A program made the translations under genes and the position numbers. From contig CBCSNG010000005.1 in the NCBI GenBank assembly GCA_965141635.1, forward strand, positions 28,706 to 92,705: DNA of 64,000 bases. Direction: 5' to 3'. The notes under the pieces were generated by a model. That model was not told the DNA's origin, did not search any database, and saw only the letters and a program-made list of their open reading frames with translations. Source of the DNA: an uncultured Collinsella sp. GTDB taxonomy: Bacteria; Actinomycetota; Coriobacteriia; Coriobacteriales; Coriobacteriaceae. Shown here in pieces: positions 58,729-64,000 of this stretch. How positions within the stretch are numbered: position 1 is the stretch's first letter; each line of letters opens with the position of its first letter.

Positions 58729-59540
58729 TGGCATTCATGAAACGCGTGCGTCTTGATGACGAACTGATTTCACAGGGCATCTGCGCCGATCGCGCGGATG
58801 CCCTTCGCACTCTTATGGCCGGCTTGGTCTCAAGCGGCGGCGAGCGTTTGACCTCGCCGGGCCTTAAGGTGACGCCCGGCTTGCCGTTACACGTGAAGGG
58901 TCGTATTCCCTACGTGGGGCGCGGCGGGCTCAAGCTCGAGGGTGCACTCGATGCGTTTGGGATTGATCCGACTGATCTTGCTTGCCTCGATGTGGGCTGT
59001 TCCACGGGTGGCTTTACCGATTGCCTGCTCAAGCGCGGTGCCGCTACGGTCGTTTCGGTCGATGTGGGTCGCGCCCAGTTTGATTGGTCGCTGCGCCAAG
59101 ACGAGCGCGTGACGCTTCATGAGCGCACCAACGTGACACAGCTGCCCGAGCTTGGCTACGGCGGAGCTATCGACTTGGCTGTGTGCGATGTGTCGTTTAC
59201 GAGTATCGCGAATATCATCGACGCCGTGCTGGCGTGCCTGAAGCCTTCGGGTTCGTTCTGCACGCTCGTAAAGCCGCAGTTTGAGGCGCCGGCTGCGCTG
59301 GTGGGCGAGGGCGGCATCGTGACTGACCCCGCCGTTCGTCGCGATACGCTCACGGCGGCGATTGAGCTCTTTGCCGCCAAGGGCCTGTTCCCGCTCGACG
59401 TGTGCGTGTCGCCCATCCACGGCGCCAAGGGCAACGTCGAGTTTTTCTTGTACGGCACGAGGTTTGCTCCCGGCGCACGCACCGACGATGAGCTGCAATC
59501 CCAGGTATCGGTTTTGAGCGAGAAAGCTGCAACGCTATGA
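58725..59540 (+). CDS. tlyA: TlyA family rRNA methyltransferase
   Basis: RLD, YVGRGGLKL, DVGCSTGGFT, DVSFTS, VKPQFE, GAKGNVEF. Confidence 0.95.
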   Translation: MMAFMKRVRLDDELISQGICADRADALRTLMAGLVSSGGERLTSPGLKVTPGLPLHVKGRIPYVGRGGLKLEGALDAFGIDPTDLACLDVGCSTGGFTDCLLKRGAATVVSVDVGRAQFDWSLRQDERVTLHERTNVTQLPELGYGGAIDLAVCDVSFTSIANIIDAVLACLKPSGSFCTLVKPQFEAPAALVGEGGIVTDPAVRRDTLTAAIELFAAKGLFPLDVCVSPIHGAKGNVEFFLYGTRFAPGARTDDELQSQVSVLSEKAATL

Positions 59541-60397
59541 AGGTCTTTCTGGTTCCCAATTTCTACAAGCAAGAAGCGGTCGAGAGCGGCCTGATGCTCG
59601 AGCTTTGGCTTTCGCGCCAGGGCTACGAGGTCGCATGGGCTGCCGACCAGCGTTCCAAGATTCAGAGCGCGCCCGATGTTGACGATGCCGACCTGGTCAT
59701 TACGCTCGGTGGCGACGGTACACTGCTGCGCGCCGCCCGCATCCTCAACTACCGTGAGATTCCCATTTTGGGTCTTTCCTATGGTCATTTGGGTTTTTTG
59801 ACGGCCGCGAGCCCCGAGGAGCGCGACATTTTGCAGGTTGTGAGCGATGCCCTGTCCGGTGAGCTCCATGTGAGCCGCCGCGCCACCATCGCCGCTGATA
59901 TCGTCTCGGTGCGCGAAGACGGCACGAAGGATGTCGTGCGCACGTTTGCCCTTAACGATATGGCGCTTACGCGTGGGCCCCTGTCCGATATGGTCGAGTT
60001 CGATATCACGGTGTCCGGCCATCATATCGACCGCCTGCGCGGCGACGGCGTGGTTGTATCGACGGCGACTGGCTCCACCGGCTACGCGCTTTCCGCCGGC
60101 GGCCCCATCGTCAGCCCCGATTACACGGGTATGGTCTGTGTGCCCATCGCTCCGCATACCATTCAGGCTCGCGCCTTTTTGACCTCGCCGAGCGATGTCG
60201 TGGAGATCTTTATGTCCGATGATCGCCCGAGCGTTCCGGCGATCGCCATCGATGGACAGTTTATTACCTGCGATGGCACGGTCGAGAGCGTGGCCGTGCG
60301 TCGCGGTCCCGGCGATGTGCTGCTGCTGGATTACGGCCCCGAGAGCTTCTATAACTCGGTGAGCCGCGTGTTCTACGGAGTGCGCCATGATCGATGA
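59537..60397 (+). CDS. nadK: NAD kinase
   Basis: GGDGT, GHLGFL, ND, STATGSTGYALSAGG. Confidence 0.96.
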   Translation: MKVFLVPNFYKQEAVESGLMLELWLSRQGYEVAWAADQRSKIQSAPDVDDADLVITLGGDGTLLRAARILNYREIPILGLSYGHLGFLTAASPEERDILQVVSDALSGELHVSRRATIAADIVSVREDGTKDVVRTFALNDMALTRGPLSDMVEFDITVSGHHIDRLRGDGVVVSTATGSTGYALSAGGPIVSPDYTGMVCVPIAPHTIQARAFLTSPSDVVEIFMSDDRPSVPAIAIDGQFITCDGTVESVAVRRGPGDVLLLDYGPESFYNSVSRVFYGVRHDR

Positions 60398-62015
60398 GCT
60401 GCAGGTTTCCAACATTGCACTCATTCGCGAGGCGACGTTGGTTCCGAGCACGGGTCTAACGGTTCTGACTGGAGAAACCGGCGCCGGTAAGACCGCGCTG
60501 CTCTCGGCACTCAAGCTCATTTTGGGCGAGCGCGCGGATTCGTCGACGGTGCGCGAGGGCGAGGCACTTGCCAGCGTCGAGGCGCGCCTGTTTGATGGCC
60601 CGCACGACACGGAGGGCTTCACCGTGCAGCGCAGCCTTTCTGCCGAGGGCCGCAGCCGTGTAAAAATTGACGGCCGCATCGCCAGCGTGCGCGAACTTTC
60701 GGAGCGCGTCGGCGTGATGATGGATCTTTGCGGCCAGCACGAGCACCAGCGCCTGCTCGACCCGGCGCACCACGTTGCCATGGTCGATGCTTGGGCTGGG
60801 CGCGCGGCGCTTGAGGCGCTCGAGAAGTATCGCACCTGCTTTAAGGCTTCGCGTGCCGCCGCCAAGGAGCTTCGCCGCGTCGAAGAGGCCTCGCGTGCGC
60901 AGGGGAGTCGCGTCGAGGAGGCGCGCTTCGCCCTGGAGCGCATCGCCGAGGTCGACCCCAAACCGGGCGAGTATGAGGAGCTCGAGGAGCTGCTGCCGCG
61001 CTCCGAGCATGCCGAGGTGCTGGTGGCCACAGCCAATGATGCCCATGCATCGCTTGCTGCCGAAGGGGGAGCGCTCGATGCCGTGAACAGTGCCGTGGCG
61101 GAGCTCTCTCGTATGGTTACTGTCGATCGAAAGCTGGGCGACATTGCCGATGCGCTTTCGGATGCCTGTATCTCGCTTGAGGATTGTGCCAACGAGCTGC
61201 GCACCTATCGCGATGGAGTCGCCTTCGATCCGCGCGAGCTGGCTCGTATGCGCGAACGCTATTCCGATCTTAAGGCCCTGCTGCGTCAGTGGGGGCCCAC
61301 CATGGACGATGTCTTTGCCATGCGCGACCGCTCACAAGAGCTGTTGTCGCTGGTCAATGATGGTGATGAGCGGATCAAGAAGGCTCGCGAGACGCTCGGG
61401 TGTGCCGAACGCGAGCTTTTTGCTGCTGCCAAGGCGCTTAAACGCGTGCGGAATACCGCAGCCCCTCGCTTTTGCCACGAGGTTGGCCGTCAGATGGCGC
61501 GCCTGGAGATGGGCGACGCCGAGCTCGTTTGGGAGTCGCGCGATCTTCCGCGTGCCGAATGGACGCTGGCGGGGCCTTCGAGCTATGAGCTTTTGTATCG
61601 CAGTGGTGCCGGATTGACGCCGCGCCCCCTGCGCCGCATTGCGTCGGGCGGCGAGCTGAGCCGCGTCATGCTGGCGAGCAAGGTCGTTCTCGGTAACGCG
61701 GACGGCGTGGATACGCTGGTGTTCGACGAGGTCGATGCCGGTGTCGGCGGCTCTACCGCACGTGCCCTCGCGAGCGTGCTGGCAGATCTCGCCGCTACGC
61801 ATCAGGTGATTGTCGTAACCCACCTGGCGCAGGTCGCCGTCATGGCCGATAAGCACTACGTGGTAAGTAAAGAGCCCGGCGACGTTCCCCAGACGCATCT
61901 GGATGAGGTGGCCGGGGACGCCCGCATCGCAGAGATCGCCCGCATGCTGAGCGGCGATCAATCGGAGGCAAGCCTGGCACACGCCAAGCAGATGCTGGAA
62001 GAGGCTCGAGGCTAG
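60387..62015 (+). CDS. recN: DNA repair protein RecN
   Basis: TGETGAGKT, GQHEHQ, ASGGELSR, FDEVDAG, VTHLAQVA. Confidence 0.97.
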   Translation: MIDELQVSNIALIREATLVPSTGLTVLTGETGAGKTALLSALKLILGERADSSTVREGEALASVEARLFDGPHDTEGFTVQRSLSAEGRSRVKIDGRIASVRELSERVGVMMDLCGQHEHQRLLDPAHHVAMVDAWAGRAALEALEKYRTCFKASRAAAKELRRVEEASRAQGSRVEEARFALERIAEVDPKPGEYEELEELLPRSEHAEVLVATANDAHASLAAEGGALDAVNSAVAELSRMVTVDRKLGDIADALSDACISLEDCANELRTYRDGVAFDPRELARMRERYSDLKALLRQWGPTMDDVFAMRDRSQELLSLVNDGDERIKKARETLGCAERELFAAAKALKRVRNTAAPRFCHEVGRQMARLEMGDAELVWESRDLPRAEWTLAGPSSYELLYRSGAGLTPRPLRRIASGGELSRVMLASKVVLGNADGVDTLVFDEVDAGVGGSTARALASVLADLAATHQVIVVTHLAQVAVMADKHYVVSKEPGDVPQTHLDEVAGDARIAEIARMLSGDQSEASLAHAKQMLEEARG

Positions 62016-62092
62016 AACGAGCCGACAGTGTTGGCGGGGACAAAATATCAGCAATTGTTGCACCGCCACTTGCTTGTCTGGCCCGACCGTCA

Positions 62093-62244
62093 AAAACTAT
62101 GCCGGTTTACTACGATGAATCGGCGTAGCTCGAGCACAGCTAAAATTGTAAAAAGAAAACCGCAGGTAGAATGCCTGCGGTTTTCTTTTAAAACGCGATG
62201 TGGTCGCATATTCCGATTACATCGTAGTAAACCGGCATAGTTTT
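62093..62244. repeat. Nested inverted-repeat element between convergent recN and RpiR genes
   Basis: Perfect 25-bp outer IR 62093-62117/62220-62244; inner 16-bp IR aaaagaaaaccgcagg/cctgcggttttctttt (62151-62189). Confidence 0.85.
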
Positions 62245-62277
62245 GTGGGAACGGTACATGACGACCCCTGTTAAAAC

Positions 62278-63135
62278 CTACTCCACGACCTTATCCGGCT
62301 GGATGAGCTCCTCGTAGTAGCTGATGTGCTCGCGGGCGTCTTCAATCTCGGGCAGCAGGAAATTGTAGATAACCTCGATGATCATCGTGGCGCTCATCTT
62401 GGAGAACGCAAAGTCTCCCGTGGTGAGCAGCGCCTCGTGGTTCACGGTGTTAAAGGTGTAGTCTGCCAAACGAGCAAGCGGAGACTTGCTGTCGCTGCTG
62501 ATGACGACTACGGTGGCACCACAGCCGCGAGCCGCTTTTGCCATGCGATTCAGTCGACGCGACTTGCCGGAGTTCGAGATCAGCACGATGACATCTCCGG
62601 GGCGCAGCGTAAGCGCAAAACCAATCGAGGTCTCGCTGATGGTGCTTGCCATGCAGCGAAGGCCCAGCTGCGAAAACTTAAATGTCGCGTCGAGTGCGAC
62701 GGCGTTGGTGTTGCCTACGGCTGCAAACTCGATAGCCCCCGCGTTCTTAAACGCGTGCACGACGGCTGCCAGCGTGTCGTGATCAATGCCATCGATAGTC
62801 GCATTGAGTTCGCTTACCTTGGCAGCGAGAATGTTTTTGAGGCTCTGCTCCATATTGCCGAGCGAGACCTCGTCGGTGAGACCTTCATTACGCTGGCTTT
62901 CCAGATCGCGCGCCAGCGAAAACTGAAAACTGCGAAAGCTGCCAAAACCTAGTTTGCGGCAGAAGCGCGATACGGTGGCTTCGGAGGTTGCGGCTGCGCG
63001 CGAGAGCTGGGCGGCTGTCAGACGCGGTGCCTCGGACTGATGCTCTAGGATATAGTCGACAATGCGCTGTTCGGACTCGCTGTATCCCTTGTGCGTGCTA
63101 ATAAGGGAGAGTGCGCTTTTGCTGCTATCGGACAT
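62278..63135 (-). CDS. MurR/RpiR family transcriptional regulator
   Basis: SEATVSRFCRKLGF HTH plus SIS domain (ISNSG). ATG 63135 follows AGGAG. Confidence 0.95.
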   Translation of the reverse strand: MSDSSKSALSLISTHKGYSESEQRIVDYILEHQSEAPRLTAAQLSRAAATSEATVSRFCRKLGFGSFRSFQFSLARDLESQRNEGLTDEVSLGNMEQSLKNILAAKVSELNATIDGIDHDTLAAVVHAFKNAGAIEFAAVGNTNAVALDATFKFSQLGLRCMASTISETSIGFALTLRPGDVIVLISNSGKSRRLNRMAKAARGCGATVVVISSDSKSPLARLADYTFNTVNHEALLTTGDFAFSKMSATMIIEVIYNFLLPEIEDAREHISYYEELIQPDKVVE

Positions 63136-63266
63136 GGGATGGCTCCTGGCTGGCATGAAAATCGGACTTGTTTTGTAATGTCGTAGTATACGGGCATTTT
63201 CAATTACAAGATACACCTTGCCGTTTCAATAGTTGATGGTAAACTTTCATCGACCGTTTACGGTAA

Positions 63267-63281
63267 TGAAAGAACCTTTCA
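63267..63281. promoter_or_regulatory. Candidate RpiR-family operator
   Basis: TGAAAG-AAC-CTTTCA palindrome in the divergent RpiR/PTS intergenic region. Confidence 0.5.
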
Positions 63282-63408
63282 CCGGAGAAATGAGCTGTAT
63301 TGCTTCTCATATAAGCGGTGGGTTGGTATCTTTCAGGTGTGGAAAAACGCGTATCGAAGCGCGTGTAGGGGAGCGCCCGCGGGCGCTGTACTCAAGAAGG
63401 AGGGACAC

Positions 63409-64000
63409 ATGGCTAAGTTTGACATCATCGCCGCCACCGGTTGCCCGACCGGTATCGCGCACACCTTCATGGCGAAGGAGGCGCTGGAGAAGGCAGCTGC
63501 CGAGCGCGGTCTGACCATTAAGGTCGAGACCCATGGCCAGGTCGGTGTCGAGAACGAGCTCACCAAGAGCGAGATCGCTGGTGCCAAGGCCGTCGTCGTC
63601 GCAGCCGATAAGGATGTCCAGGCGGAGCGTTTCGCCGGTAAGCCCATGGTTTCCGTTGGTGTTTCCAAGGCCCTGTCCGTCGAGGCTGCCGGCAAGCTGA
63701 TCGATCGTGCCCTTGCCGCCAAGGGCGACGACACGGTTGCGGCTGCTGCCGATGTCGAGGATGAGGTCGAGGAGAAGGAGTCCATCGGCCACATCATCTA
63801 TAAGCACCTCATGAACGGCGTCAGCCACATGCTGGTCTTCGTCGTTGCCGGTGGTGTCCTGACCGCTGTTTCGTTCCTGTGGGGCATCACGTCCTTCGAT
63901 TCGACGGCTGCCGACTACAACAGCTTCGCCGCTATGCTCAAGATCATCGGCGGCATTGCCATGAACCTCATGGTTCCCGTGCTTTCCGCCTACATCGCCG
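63409..64000 (+). CDS. Fructose-family PTS IIBC component (3'-truncated; not in ORF track)
   Basis: My translation: MAKFDIIAATGCPTGIAHTFMA...KVETHG...KHLMNGVSHML; AAGGAGG RBS. Confidence 0.95.
   Translation, partial: MAKFDIIAATGCPTGIAHTFMAKEALEKAAAERGLTIKVETHGQVGVENELTKSEIAGAKAVVVAADKDVQAERFAGKPMVSVGVSKALSVEAAGKLIDRALAAKGDDTVAAAADVEDEVEEKESIGHIIYKHLMNGVSHMLVFVVAGGVLTAVSFLWGITSFDSTAADYNSFAAMLKIIGGIAMNLMVPVLSAYIA

Overview
A GC-rich (~60%) core-chromosome window, most likely from a Coriobacteriia gut actinobacterium (Collinsella-like; inferred from gene order and composition, not from a database search). It is almost all housekeeping genes: nusA-infB-rbfA-DHH-truB-ribF-dnaG-rpoD; two identical tRNA-Asn genes; asp23-DAK2-recG-rsmD-coaD-sepIVA-like-yceD-rpmF-plsX-acpP-rnc-smc-ftsY-ffh; thyA-folA; MATE; cobO; ftsH; T-box-ileS-lspA-rluA; GT2; HD; rarA; a DUF948/anti-sigma/SigB-like/AI-2E operon; alaS-ruvX-mltG-yqeG-aroK-aroB-like-pepP-efp-asp23-nusB-xseB-tlyA-nadK-recN; RpiR and the start of a fructose-family PTS. 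I saw no transposase, integrase, phage, CRISPR or defence genes. Most notable observations: (1) a SigB/SigF-type sigma operon whose RsbW-like partner lacks the kinase motifs, with no anti-anti-sigma, plus a near-consensus SigB promoter before ftsH; (2) an intact AroB-fold ORF lacking the catalytic and metal residues, coupled to aroK; (3) a dispersed family of small palindromes with variable stems and a conserved GGGGAC loop, plus two ~155-bp MITE-like palindromes; (4) a DUF134-NifB/NifX fusion with twin operators and a retained internal start; (5) a transcription-type ileS T-box with a non-canonical bulge; (6) a CCCH motif on NusA; (7) a perfect LexA box at rarA. None of these is proven novel without database searches.
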